Source: Eledone cirrhosa (lineage: Eukaryota). From it: a DNA stretch of 64,000 nucleotides. Below, piece by piece: positions 1 through 12,415 of this stretch. Under the pieces are notes generated by a model, which ran no database searches, was not told where the DNA came from, and saw only the letters and a program-made list of their open reading frames with translations. The number at the start of each line of letters is the position of its first letter. Positions within the stretch are counted from its first letter, which is position 1. The stretch lies in the NCBI GenBank assembly GCA_964016885.1, contig OZ024740.1, positions 257,052,001 to 257,116,000 on the forward strand. The letters run 5' to 3'. A program made the position numbers and the translations under genes.

Positions 1-149
1 CGTGGCTGAGGTTATAGATGAAGTGAATGATGCAGTGGGCGAGGAGGGGGTGACAGGTGAAGAGGAGGTGAAGTAGGGTTTGGGGTAGGCTGCGGATGGT
101 AGTGAGGGAGGGGCGTGTGAGGATGTGTTGGGTTGAGAGTGGTGAGTAT

Positions 150-608
150 TAAATATATTCAGTTTTATTTGAAAACAGGAAAAATCGTTGTTGATCAGAA
201 GTTAAAGAAACATTTATTTCAAAGTGATACGTACATTATTCCGATTTCTGTCACTTTGAAAATATTAAAGTTAATGAAGTAACTTTATTTCGAATCTGGA
301 AGAATCGCTGTTCAGAAGAAGTTAAAGAAACGTTTATTTCAAAGCTATACAAATGTCTTAAACGTTATTCTGATTGCATATTGTAGCGTTATTTGCTGTC
401 AATTTGGAAATATTTTTACTTCACTTGCTCTCTTTCCACCTCTTTCACGTATTGTTGTATTTATGTATTTGATTTAAAAAATAATTATAGCTCACCATGG
501 GAGTGCGCGCGTATGTGTGTGCATGTATACATATATACATAAAAATGTTTCTTTAACTTCTTCTCAACAACGATTCTGCCTGTTTTTAAATAAAACTGCA
601 TATATTTA
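150..608. repeat. Degenerate MITE-like fold-back with ~65-bp imperfect inverted ends
   Basis: 150-215 (aatatattcagttttatttgaaaacagg...aagttaaagaaacattt) is an imperfect reverse complement of 543-608; internal partial duplication near 183 and 303. Confidence 0.4.
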
Positions 609-1282
609 ATTATCGCTATTTGAGTCGAATTAACATTATAGGGGTGAACTTAGGGCATATCTAAGCTATAATAAAGGACGGGATGTGGGACTGCGTACGG
701 TTTATTTCTTTTAATCCAGTTAGTAAAATAAGTTGGATTACTTTGAATAAATAATGAATAAATATTACATAATTTATCTACTAAATTTCGAAACTAAATT
801 TCGTAAACATAAATAATTTAAAATTGACTTGTTTTCAAATTTTCATTCACATTTCTACACTTCCGGTATATCATCGCCACCACCACTTCAACTACCATAT
901 ATATAGAAAGAGAGAGTGTGTGATGAGAGAGATAGAGAGAGATTACGATTTTCTACACGCTGACGCGTATGAGTGTGGACATACATACATCTATATGTAT
1001 GAGTATATAACTATTATGAGTATATAACTATAATCGCGCAAACACAAACTTATAAAAATAGACGCTCACGAACATTCACGTAAATACACATACATTCACA
1101 CATACTTTCACACAAACATACATACATTCACACATATACATTTACACAAACACGCACATACATTCATGATAGTGTTTGGTGAAATGGGAGTGTAAAACAA
1201 GTATAACGCTTTATTTATTTATTAACTCTTTTTTTTTAAAACTCATTTAATATAATGGTTAAAGAACGAAAACACTAACAAA

Positions 1283-1630
1283 TATAATTGTTTCTACTTT
1301 TGGCACAATTATCCCAGTGTATTACTGGTAATTTATTTTATCGACCCCGTAAGGATGAAAAGAAAAATTAACATCGGTGGTATTTGAACTCAGATCGTAA
1401 AGGGCCGTAACTCTATGCTGCGAAGCATAGCATCCGACCCTCTAGCGATACTGCCAATCCACCATCCTTTTAATAATTGTTTCTACTTTTGGCACAAGGC
1501 CAGCAATTATTCTAGTGCATTAGTGGTACTTTATTTTATCGACCCCGTAAGGATGAAAGGCAAAGTTAACCTCGACGAGATTTGAACTCAGACCATAAAT
1601 AGACGTAACTCTACCGATACTGCCAATTCA
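1283..1630 (-). mobile_element. Two tandem tRNA-derived CORE-type SINE copies (Octopus OR-like)
   Basis: Reverse complement shows B-box gagttcaaat, CORE-like ctttcatccttacggggtcgataaaataa and tail gtgccaaaagtagaaacaatt, twice (about 1283-1468 and 1471-1630). Confidence 0.85.
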
Positions 1631-1799
1631 ATATAATATATACAAAGGAAAGGGAAAGGAAAAAAAGAAAGAGAAAAATTACACAAGCAGGTAATACACA
1701 CATCTTAGACAACATAGAACAAAATGCAGACGAAAGAGTGGGAAAAAACGAGCCGCTACCAGAGCAAAAGATAGCAATATAGCGAGGAGCACTGGGAAA

Positions 1800-2125
1800 C
1801 CTCTCTAATAATTTTTGAGGCAAGCCAGCACGCTCGCAGCGTTACCTGGGGTGATGGCGACGCTGAGGTGCTGGAACAACCAAGTGCCCTCACGAGATCA
1901 CCAGTTACCTCTGTTTGGCGAACTGCTAGTGAAGATAAGAATCTCGCTGTCAGTAGCCCGACTCTCCCAAACATCTCGAACGCCACAGGCTGAATAATGT
2001 CGTTAGAATGTCTAAGTAAAGAATCGCTGGACATATTTTACAGGCAAAACCAACGGGCAAGAGACCCAGAATTAGACCCTGAGCAAGACAGTGGGATAAC
2101 ATCCATGAGATTGACTGGTTTTATA
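1800..2125 (+). mobile_element. RTE-clade LINE 3' fragment, degenerate
   Basis: Translates with stops as HLERHRLNNVVRMSK*RIAGHILQAKPTGKRPRIRP*ARQWDNI, matching the RTE C-terminal GHxxRM...GKRPRGRP.RW.D motif. Confidence 0.65.
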
Positions 2126-2148
2126 AATATAGTTTCCATTTATTTAAT

Positions 2149-2186
<38 letters not shown>

Positions 2187-2187
<1 letters not shown>

Positions 2188-2358
2188 CGTTTCCACGAAC
2201 CAAAGTATCAAAGAATCGTCTTCCTGTCTTCCTCCGGTTGCAACATTTTTTAAATATCCACTTCTGCGTTCACGGATTGACTTTGTTAGTTTCAGAAGAT
2301 CCCGTTAAGGGTGAAAGTAGCGATTCTTTGCTTAAACTTTAATCTGTTATTTTAATAA

Positions 2359-2360
<2 letters not shown>
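2187..2360 (+). mobile_element. PLE family 1 short 3' pLTR fragment between (TA)n tracts, with CAGAAGA hammerhead (2288-2338)
   Basis: Near-identical to 5000-5170 and 35595-35762. Confidence 0.85.
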
Positions 2361-2395
<35 letters not shown>

Positions 2396-3287
2396 TAAGT
2401 TAATATGTCCAGGGATACTAGGTACCCCTAGAAATACATAGGTTGTCTATGATTCAGGGTTGTTCAATGGTGTTAATTTGATACACCAGAACTTTAATAT
2501 TAAGATAAGCAGAACAAGTAAAATTCAATCAATTTTTCAAAATACATTAAAAAATATAATATAAATATTTACCTCTTCTAGTGGCCCTTACTGATCAGTT
2601 TCGCTTTGTAAAACCTCATAAATCCGATGGATTCATGATGGAAAACCAAAGCTCATCAGAGAAGCATTTTCCCATCCTAGGGCTAAACGTCCCAGGAACG
2701 ACAAAATATACAACCTCCTGCCAGCTAATAAAGGTCTGAAAGGTCGTAAAAGTGACCCGTATGTAAACTGGACCGAAGTAAAAGCGGGAAAATCAAAGAC
2801 TTGCTGTCTACAATTACTACTAAAGAAATAGCAGCCTAGTAAAGCAACAGATTTGTTCTCAACGGACGGAGAAAAAGGTATAAGTTAATATGTCCAGGGA
2901 TACTAGGTACCCCTAGAAATACATAGGTTGTCTATGATTCAGGGTTGTTCAATGGTGTTAATTTGATACACCAGAACTTTAATATTAAGATAAGCAGAAC
3001 AAGTAAAATTCAATCAATTTTTCAAAATACATTAAAAAATATAATATAAATATTTACCTCTTCTAGTGGCCCTTACTGATCAGTTTCGCTTTGTAAAACC
3101 TCATAAATCCGATGGATTCATGATGGAAAACCAAAGCTCATCAGAGAAGCATTTTCCCATCCTAGGGCTAAACGTCCCAGGAACGACAACTGATCAGTAA
3201 GGGCCACTAGAAGAGGTAAATATTTATATTATATTTTTTAATGTATTTTGAAAAATTGATTGAATTTTACTTGTTCTGCTTATCTTA

Positions 3288-3292
<5 letters not shown>
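2396..3292 (-). mobile_element. 485-bp-unit tandem retrozyme-like element (about 1.6 units plus an inverted ~100-bp piece)
   Basis: taagttaatatgtccagg at 2396 and 2881; 3190-3292 is the reverse complement of about 2497-2599; flanked by (TA)n; no ORF; one HHR per unit. Confidence 0.85.
2583..2665 (-). ncRNA. Type I hammerhead ribozyme (second copy at 3068-3150)
   Basis: gcttct-CTGATGA-GCTTTG...CAAAGC-GAAA-CTGATCAG-TA-agggc: canonical core, palindromic stem III, GUA cleavage triplet. Confidence 0.9.
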
Positions 3293-3383
<91 letters not shown>

Positions 3384-3385
3384 GT

Positions 3386-3442
<57 letters not shown>

Positions 3443-3533
3443 CATACATATATATATATATGTTTAGGCATATATATATATATATATATTTTTACGCATA
3501 TATATATATACTTACACATATATATAGAGAGAG

Positions 3534-3606
<73 letters not shown>

Positions 3607-3652
3607 AGGCATATATATATATTTACACACATATATAGAGAGAGACATATAT

Positions 3653-3700
<48 letters not shown>

Positions 3701-3705
<5 letters not shown>

Positions 3706-5253
3706 TAACAGATTTAAGCAAAGTTTAAGCAAAGAATCGCTGCTTTCACCCTTAACGGGATCTTCTGAAACTAACAAAGTCAATCTGTAAATGCAGAACT
3801 GGATATTTCAAAAAATGTTGCAACCTACATAGGGTTAACCGCCAATATTTTCAAGTAGCGTCTTTACATGCATACCCATTCTTTTCGTTACCCTCTAAGA
3901 AGGAATATGACGTCACTTTCAGCTTATATCTGCAGTCTAAAAGACAACCACACCCAATATAAGTTACACTGGGAGATCCTAGCTAGGGCTAGATCGTATA
4001 ACTGAAATAAAAGACCATGTGACCTCTGCGCCGCTGAGGCCCTGGAAATACTCTACGCTACAGACCACATCTTAAACAAAAAATCTGAGGCAATTTCGGC
4101 TTGTAAACATAAATTGCACAAAACTTTCCTGTATTAGAGCCCCACATTATACCCTAACGGATAGCACGATCTATACGTGGATATTTTACGTCTTGATGTG
4201 GGAGCTAAGTATATGTTTTGTTTATTCCTTTACTTATTTGCATAGGTAAGTATATATTACCCGTATGTTATGTGAAGGTATGTATACCTTCTCGTACGTA
4301 TATTTGACTGTTATAGCGTATCATTTTTACATATTCTGGTATTTAGGGTTTGGCTATGTGTATACGGGAGTTTTGCGTCCGCGTGAGTGTGCAGGTTCGT
4401 ACGTATGGTGCGTGTGTGTATATGTGTACTTCTTGTTTTAGTTGACTTACGTCTCCGAACATTCGTGTATTTATATGTAGGTATGCGTGTGCGCTTGTTA
4501 TATACGTATTTATTTACTTATATACGTTTATATAATTATTTATTTATTTGTACACAAGCATACACACACACACACACATATTTATATGTGCGTGGTTTTG
4601 TATACCCATGGTAAGGTTTTGCGTATGCTTGTGTATGTACGTATCTGTTTGCGTGTATGTATTTATTTGTTTCTATTATCTCTGTATTGTATTTATTTAC
4701 TTTGTTCTTAACTCTGTAGCGGAGATTCATTTGGTCTCCTAGTTAGAATTTTAGTCTACGATTTCTGCTATACCATTTACGTGGTTTTGTCTTTGCGCGC
4801 TATTGTTCTCCACGCTCCACATATGACTTATTATCTTCGTTTTTTCGTTCATTGCCAGAGAACATCTCTATGCACCACGTAAGAGAACATTAGTCTACGA
4901 CCTCTTTTATACCATAAACGTGGTTTTGTCTTTGCGCGTAATTGTTTTTCACCGCTCCTATTAATGACGTATTATTCGTTTTTTCCCGTTCTTTGCCAGC
5001 GAACGTAACCACGAACCAAAGTATCGTCTTCCTGTCTTCCTCCGGTTGCAACATTTTTTGAAATATCCAGTTCTGCGTCTACAGATTGACTTTGTTAGTT
5101 TCAGAAGATCCCGTTAAGGGTGAAAGCAGCGATTCTTTGCTTAAACTTTAATCTGTTATTTTAATAAATATTTGTTCTACGGTTCTTATATATTTGATAT
5201 ATATTTTCCTTATCGAGCCCTCTTTGGATTTTAGTCTTCAATTTTATTATTAT

Positions 5254-5260
<7 letters not shown>
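3701..5260 (+). mobile_element. PLE family 1, 5'-truncated (GIY-YIG end + 3' UTR/pLTR) with inverted 5' pLTR piece 3701-3825
   Basis: 3827-4163 is homologous to the GIY-YIG-coding end of ORF 33744-35444; HHR motifs at 3722-3772 (-) and 5097-5147 (+); (TA)n on both sides. Confidence 0.9.
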
Positions 5261-5304
<44 letters not shown>

Positions 5305-5311
<7 letters not shown>

Positions 5312-6580
5312 TATTAATTAAAATAACAGTTTAAAGTTTAAGCAAATAATCGCTGCTTTCATCCTTAACCGTATCTTCTGAAACTAACAAAGTCAATATG
5401 TGAACACAGAAGTGAATATTTCAAAAATCGTTGCAACAGGAGGAAGACAGGAAGACGTTACTTTAGTTCGTGGAAACGTTCCCTGGCAAAGAACGGGGAA
5501 AAACGAATATAATACGTCATTATTTGGAGCGGTGAAAAACAATTACGCGCAAAGACAAAACCACGTTTATGGTATAAAAGAAGTCGGAGACTAATATTCT
5601 CTTAGGTGGTTCATAGAGACGTTCTCTGGCAATGAACGGAAAAACGAAGATAAAACGTCATATGTGGAGCGTGGAGAACAATTGCACGCAAAGACAAAAC
5701 CACGTAAATGGTATAACTGAACTCGTAGACTAACATTCTAACTAGGAAACCGAATGATTCTTCCGAGTTTAAGAATAAAGGAAAGAAAATACAGAGGTAA
5801 TTGAAATTAAATAAATACATGTACGCATCCATATACGTACATACACAAGCATACCCGAAAACACTCGCCATAGGTATACAAATACACGCACATATAAATA
5901 TGTGTGTGTGTGAGTGCGTGTATACAAAGAGTTAAATAAACGTATATAAATAAATAAATACATTATAACAAGCGCACACACATACCTACATGTAATTACA
6001 CATATGTTCGGAATACGTCAACCAAAACACGAAGTACACATATACACACACCCTACATACGTACGAACCCGCATACTCACACAGACGCAAAACTCACGTA
6101 TACACATAACATATGTACCAGAATATATGTACCAGAATATATAAAATATACGCCATAACATATACAATCAAATATACGTACGAGAAAGTATAAGTACCTT
6201 CACAAAATATACAGGTAATACAATATTAGTCTACGACTTCTTTTATACCATAAACGTGGTTTTGTATTTGCGTGTAATTGTTTTTCACCGCTCCAAATAA
6301 TAACGTATTATATTCGTTTTTTCCCGTTCATTGCCAGGGAACGTTTCCACGAACTAAAGTAACGCCTTCCTGTCTTCCTCCGGTTGCACTGTTTTTTGAA
6401 ATATTCACTTCTGCGTTCACAGATTGACTTTGTTAGTCTCAGAAGATACGGTTAAGGGTGAAAGCAGCGATTCTTTGCTTAAACTTTAATCTGTTATTTT
6501 AATAAATATTTGCTCTACTGTTCTTATATATTTGATATATATTTATCCTTATCGAGCCCTCTTTGGATTTTAGTCTTCAA

Positions 6581-6610
<30 letters not shown>
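5305..6610. mobile_element. PLE family 1 3' UTR/pLTR fold-back (minus 5305-6222, plus 6223-6610)
   Basis: Same sequence as 4250-5260 in both orientations; HHR motifs at 5335-5385 (-) and 6435-6485 (+). Confidence 0.85.
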
Positions 6611-6611
<1 letters not shown>

Positions 6612-6650
6612 GCTAAGTTAAAAAAATCGCGGAGGATATTTAAGAATCCG

Positions 6651-6835
6651 CAGGGCGGTGGATTGGCAGTATCAGTAGAGGGTCGAACGCCATGCTTTCC
6701 AGCATAGTTACGTCCCTTTTCGATCTGAGTTTAAATCCCGCCGAGGTTGACTTTGCCTTTCATCCTTACGGGGTGATAAAATAAAGTACCAGTAATGCAC
6801 CGGGTAATTGCTGGCCTTGTGCCTAAAGTACAAAA

Positions 6836-6845
<10 letters not shown>
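6651..6845 (+). mobile_element. CORE-type SINE
   Basis: ggcggtggattggcagtatc A-box region, gagtttaaatcccgccgagg, CORE-like segment, (TTA)n tail. Confidence 0.85.
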
Positions 6846-6868
<23 letters not shown>

Positions 6869-7011
6869 TGTGTACCCCGGCATTCGCGGAAGTTTCCATA
6901 GAACCTACCTAATAACTCTTCGTGGAAACGACCACATATTTGCTGATTCGTAAATATCTTCCGCGATTTTTTTAACGTAGCAATATATATATTTTTAACG
7001 CTAAATTATTA

Positions 7012-7190
7012 ATAATTGTTTCTACTTTTGGCACAAGACCATTATTCAGCAATTACTCAGTGTATTACTGGTAATTTATTTTATCGAGCCCATAAGGATG
7101 AAAAGCAAAGTTAACCTCGGCGGATTTGAACTCAGAATGGCAAGGGCCGTATGTCTATGAGTCAAATCATGGTGTCCCCCACCATCTAAC
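7012..7190 (-). mobile_element. CORE-type SINE
   Basis: Reverse complement matches the 10253-10438 copy. Confidence 0.8.
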
Positions 7191-7447
7191 GATACAGGAA
7201 ATCCACCGGAATATACCGTATTTGCCAGCCCATTGGACGCCCCTTCGTATAAGACGCCCCCTCCTTTTTTTAAAATTATATTTTCCGTTAAATTTTGACG
7301 TTTATAGGAATCATTATTGACCACGTCTAATACTCTCGGGTTTTCACTCTTCGCGAGTGCTCTAGTCACATAACCGCATTGAATACTGGTGGACAGCTGT
7401 ATATATTTATATATTTATATATCTATTTATATATTTATATATCTATT

Positions 7448-7481
<34 letters not shown>

Positions 7482-7491
7482 AATATATATA

Positions 7492-8661
7492 TAAGCGGAA
7501 AAATTGAAACGAAATTTCATTTCTCACTCTTAGTACGGCTGTTACTTAAATATAAGTATGTATACGTACATACATATATGTATACAGATGTACAGTAGTA
7601 TGCATATATATATACATACATGCACACATATATATATGTACGTATGGATTCACCGAACATTTATTATAATGCCCGGTGTGTTTATAAATAAACATACCGA
7701 AGTAAGCCGTACTGTGTCTAGCAACCATCGTTGCTCATTTGTTCAACACTGACAAAGGAACGCTGTACTAGTTTCAAGCTTATTAGCTATCGTCAGCAAC
7801 GTATACCTTCCTGCCAGATGGTTGAACGTCTGAAAGTATATACTTTCCTAATGCATATTAACGGCTGAGCAGCCTAATTTGCATATCGAGTGAGTTAATC
7901 GGCCGGGCGCACCGGAAGCGATAAACGGAAAAAATGAAACGAAATTTCATTTCTCACTCTTAGTACAGCTGTTACTTAAATATAAGTATGTATACGTACA
8001 TACATATATGTATACAGACGTACAGTAGTATGTATATATATATACATACATGCACACATATATATATGTACGTATGGATTCACCGAACATTTATTATAAT
8101 GCTCGGTGTGTTTGTAAAAAAACATAATAAATGTTCGGTGAATCCATACGTACATATATATATATATGTGTGCATGTATGTATATATATATACATACTAC
8201 TGTACGTCTGTATACATATATGTATGTACGTATACATACTTATATTTAAGTAACAGCCGTACTAAGAGTGAGAAATGAAATTTCGTTTTATTTTTTCCGT
8301 TTATCGTTTTCGGTACCCCGGCCGATTAACTCACTCGATATGCTCAGCCGTTAATATGCATAAGGAAAGTATATACTTTCAGACGTTCAACCATCTGGCA
8401 GGAAAGTATACGTTGCTGAGATCAGCTAATAAGCTTGAAACTAGTACAGCGTTCCTTTGTCAGTGTTGAACAAACGAGCCACGATGGTTGCTAGACACTG
8501 TACGGCTTAATTCGGGATGTTTGTTTACAAACACACCTAGCATTATAATAAATGTTCGGTGAATCCATACGCACATATATATATATATATGTGTGCATGT
8601 ATGTATATATATACACATACTACTGTACGTCTGTATACATATATGTATGTACGTAAACATA

Positions 8662-8670
<9 letters not shown>
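7492..8670. mobile_element. 431-bp-unit tandem plus fold-back retrozyme-like element
   Basis: Unit restarts at about 7492 and 7923; orientation flips near 8120; HHRs at 7761-7801 (-) and 8411-8451 (+, damaged core); (TA)n flanks; no real ORF. Confidence 0.85.
7761..7801 (-). ncRNA. Minimal type I hammerhead ribozyme
   Basis: cgttg-CTGACGA-T-AGCT-aata-AGCT-T-GAAA-CTAG-TA-cagcg; palindromic ACTAGT stem III. Confidence 0.88.
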
Positions 8671-8705
<35 letters not shown>

Positions 8706-8709
<4 letters not shown>

Positions 8710-9125
8710 TAAATTTAGTCCTTCATCAATGCTCTTCCTACCTTCATTGGTATTTCATCGCTTTAAAGAACATATACCTCCGGTTGGTGCGAGCAACGGC
8801 TAAAGAAAGTCGTTGGGACACGTAAATAGGGGGAACGAGCGTGAGAGTAAACAATCAAAGATGGTAATGCAACGAAAAGTGAGGAAGAAGGAGTCAAGTC
8901 CCTGAAATCGATGAATATAAGTTCTGTGAAATCGTAGACGAGAGAGAATAAAGACCATCCCACCTGGTCAAAGTGTACGTGAGGAAAGCATCTCGCACAG
9001 GTCAAACGGGAGGAAGTAGGAGAGGGAGTAGCAGAGAGTGAGTGAGTGAAAGTGTGAGGAATAGGTTAACAGAGAGTGTGACTGTTAGAGGGGGTAAATG
9101 GAAGTGAGAGATACAGAGAAACAGA
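8706..9125 (-). mobile_element. Family D non-coding repeat carrying the permuted hammerhead (8716-8822)
   Basis: Reverse complement aligns with 30890-31308, 56385-56605 and 62515-62840. Confidence 0.8.
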
Positions 9126-9158
9126 TATATATATATATATATACATATACATACACAT

Positions 9159-9210
<52 letters not shown>

Positions 9211-9928
9211 AGATTTGAATGGATACAGTTTAGTTGAAAGGAATTTATTGACACGTGTTTCTATAACAGTTACATAACCTAAAACAGCTATCTACAAACT
9301 TTTAGTTATGCAGACATTCAATATTTCAATGTTATTATTTACTGTCATTTCATCAGAATAATATTACTGAGGACCTATTTAGTTTTTATAGAGAATATTA
9401 GGAGGGAGGGGTGAAGTTGTTAGAAGAATAGTTGAAGGAGTGGTTTTTCGATAGCAGTGAGAATTCTTGGTGGCAGTGAGTAATTAGATTCCCATCTGTT
9501 GTTTTGACATTTTTTATAGAATATATTATTGGTTATTTTTCTAAATCTATAGAAGGATTAGAGATAGTAAAGATATGCGTGGTTGGTTTTGTGTTTGCAC
9601 TTAACATTCAGACTTAAATTTTTCTTTCAAGTGTACGTATTCTTTCACCCACGCATTCACACACAAATATATTTGCACACCTCTACAAAATACATATACT
9701 CACAATTCACATATTCATACTTACATATATATACACATGCATACACATATATATACACACATGTATTCATGTACATACATACGCGCTCATGTGTATACAT
9801 TTTCATACTCAACTTATCTTTATATATACACACGTATAGACACACACATATATACATACACACTCTAGTCCATGTGTACACACATACACATACATACACA
9901 TCCATATACACATACATACATACACATA

Positions 9929-9986
<58 letters not shown>

Positions 9987-10252
9987 CATACATATACATA
10001 TATACACATATATACATATACACACACACATATATATATATATAAGCACTTTAATACATGAATACACTTACATCTAACTATACACATCAAACATATATAT
10101 ATATTTACTTATTTATATACATTTTCACATATATATACATACTTATGGACGTTTTTAGACACATTCATTATCGCATATTTGTACCTATTCTCATCAGCAT
10201 ATCTTTTCATTATTAGTATGGTAATTTAAGGTTATTAATATATGTTGAGAAG

Positions 10253-10438
10253 GGCGGTGAATTGGCAGTATCGGTAGAGGGTTGGACGCCATGCTTTGAC
10301 GCATAGAGTTACGGCCCTTGCCATTCTGAGTTCAAATCCCGCCGAGGTTAACTTTGCCTTTCATCCTTATGGGGTCGATAAAATAAAGTACCAGTAATGT
10401 ACTGGATAATTGCTGGCCTTGTGCCAAAAGTAGAAACA
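10253..10438 (+). mobile_element. Full-length CORE-type SINE with 19-bp target-site duplication
   Basis: ATTAATATATGTTGAGAAG at 10234-10252 and 10439-10457; A/B-box-like head and CORE-like segment. Confidence 0.93.
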
Positions 10439-10518
10439 ATTAATATATGTTGAGAAGAGATTGTTTTTATATTTTTCTAACTAGATTAAGGTTTATATAG
10501 TTGGGGGATGTCCCTCTT

Positions 10519-10975
10519 TTATGTAATATTCTGCTTGTAGTGGGAAAAAAGGGTTTTAGTTCTGTGACGGCAGAATAATGTTCGTTCAATTCTGTTATTC
10601 AGCAGTTTCTTCTTGTGTGTGATTATGTAATAAATCTCAAGATTACACAATTTGCAGAAATTTTGGCTCCTGGAAAAGCTTTGGGTTTTAGCTAATTTTT
10701 CCCATTTTAGGGTAAACTTTTGATTGCTATCCCTGAGCGTCCAAGCTTTTTCTGCTAAAGTTGTTACATTTCTTTGGCTCTGGTGTTTTATTGAGTAAGA
10801 ATGCCTATACAATCGAGATTTAAACGATGTTGCCGTTGATCCCACGTAATACCACTCGTTGCCTCCGGATTTAATGGTACACTTATAAATAATATTTTTT
10901 TCCAGGCAGTTATTGCCGAGGGGGCAGTTGTCAGGATAGGTGCAGTTACAGTTGTGTACGTTGGGTTTTCTCTGA
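10519..10975 (-). pseudogene. PLE C-terminal Cys-rich linker + GIY-YIG endonuclease fragment
   Basis: CNCTYPDNCPLGNNCLEKNIIYKC...YYVGSTATSFKSRL...CKLCNLE...CRH. Confidence 0.88.
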
Positions 10976-11190
10976 TATGCTGATGAGAATAGGTACAAAT
11001 ATGCGATAATGAATGTGTCTAAAAACGTCCATAAGTATGTATATATATGTGAAAATGTATATAAATAAGTAAATATATATATATGTTTGATGTGTATAGT
11101 TAGATGTAAGTGTATTCATGTATTAAAGTGCTTATATATATATATATGTGTGTGTGTATATGTATATATGTGTATATATGTATATGTATG

Positions 11191-11246
<56 letters not shown>

Positions 11247-12079
11247 TATATGTGTATGTATGTATGTGTATATGGATGTGTATGTATGTGTATGTGTGTA
11301 CACATGGACTAGAGTGTGTATGTATATATGTGTGTGTCTATACGTGTGTATATATAAAGATAAGTTGAGTATGAAAATGTATACACATGAGCGCGTATGT
11401 ATGTACATGAATACATGTGTGTATATATATGTGTATGCATGTGTATATATATGTAAGTATGAATATGTGAATTGTGAGTATATGTATTTTGTAGAGGTGT
11501 GCAAATATATTTGTGTGTGAATGCGTGGGTGAAAGAATACGTACACTTGAAAGAAAAATTTAAGTCTGAATGTTAAGTGCAAACACAAAACCAACCACGC
11601 ATATCTTTACTATCTCTAATCCTTCTATAGATTTAGAAAAATAACCAATAATATATTCTATAAAAAATGTCAAAACAACAGATGGGAATCTAATTACTCA
11701 CTGCCACCAAGAATTCTCACTGCTATCGAAAAACCACTCCTTCAACTATTCTTCTAACAACTTCACCCCTCCCTCCTAATATTCTCTATAAAAACTAAAT
11801 AGGTCCTCAGTAATATTATTCTGATGAAATGACAGTAAATAATAACATTGAAATATTGAATGTCTGCATAACTAAAAGTTTGTAGATAGCTGTTTTAGGT
11901 TATGTAACTGTTATAGAAACACGTGTCAATAAATTCCTTTCAACTAAACTGTATCCATTCAAATCTTTCTATTTTTCTCCGGATTACTTTTGGAACTACA
12001 ACTGGAACCGTCGAGCAAACTCTACGTGAGCTGATAATCTTCTGTGTGTAATATTTATATTACAACACAACGGAAAATA

Positions 12080-12165
<86 letters not shown>

Positions 12166-12415
12166 TTTAGTACGGCATCAACGAAGCTTTTGGCAGCAGT
12201 CAAGCCAACGAATGCAGATTCGGTGTGCAGCTAAGCACTCAATGGAGAAGTTATAACATTACGTTTATACAGCTTTGCTAATCAAAAACACCGACCGATA
12301 GTCTGGCCGCATTGCCATAGCGACGAAAAAAATTGAACTCAGTAAACATTTATATATATATATATATATATATATAAAACTGACCTTAGGAAAAATGTAT
12401 ATATATATATATATA

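Larger units (their letters stand above)
9206..12082 (-). mobile_element. 5'-truncated PLE with ~1-kb near-perfect inverted repeat (9206-10203 vs 10974-11971)
   Basis: GIY-YIG ORF between the arms; arms nearly identical; HHR-like motif in each arm (9315-9362 -, 11815-11862 +). Confidence 0.9.

Noticed and set aside
3224-3708. Long [12 protein letters not shown] ORFs here and throughout the window
   Set aside because: Translations of (TA)n and (CA)n microsatellites, not genes.
8716-8822. Family D motif as a twister, pistol, HDV-like or hairpin ribozyme
   Set aside because: Their conserved cores and helix orders do not fit, whereas the hammerhead core and stems I and III do.
10253-10345. SINE head as a tRNA gene
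   Set aside because: A/B-box-like motifs only; continuous with the CORE-like segment, tail and TSD.
12030-12082. CTGATAA...hairpin...GAAAA as a hammerhead
   Set aside because: Core and stems I and III are incomplete.
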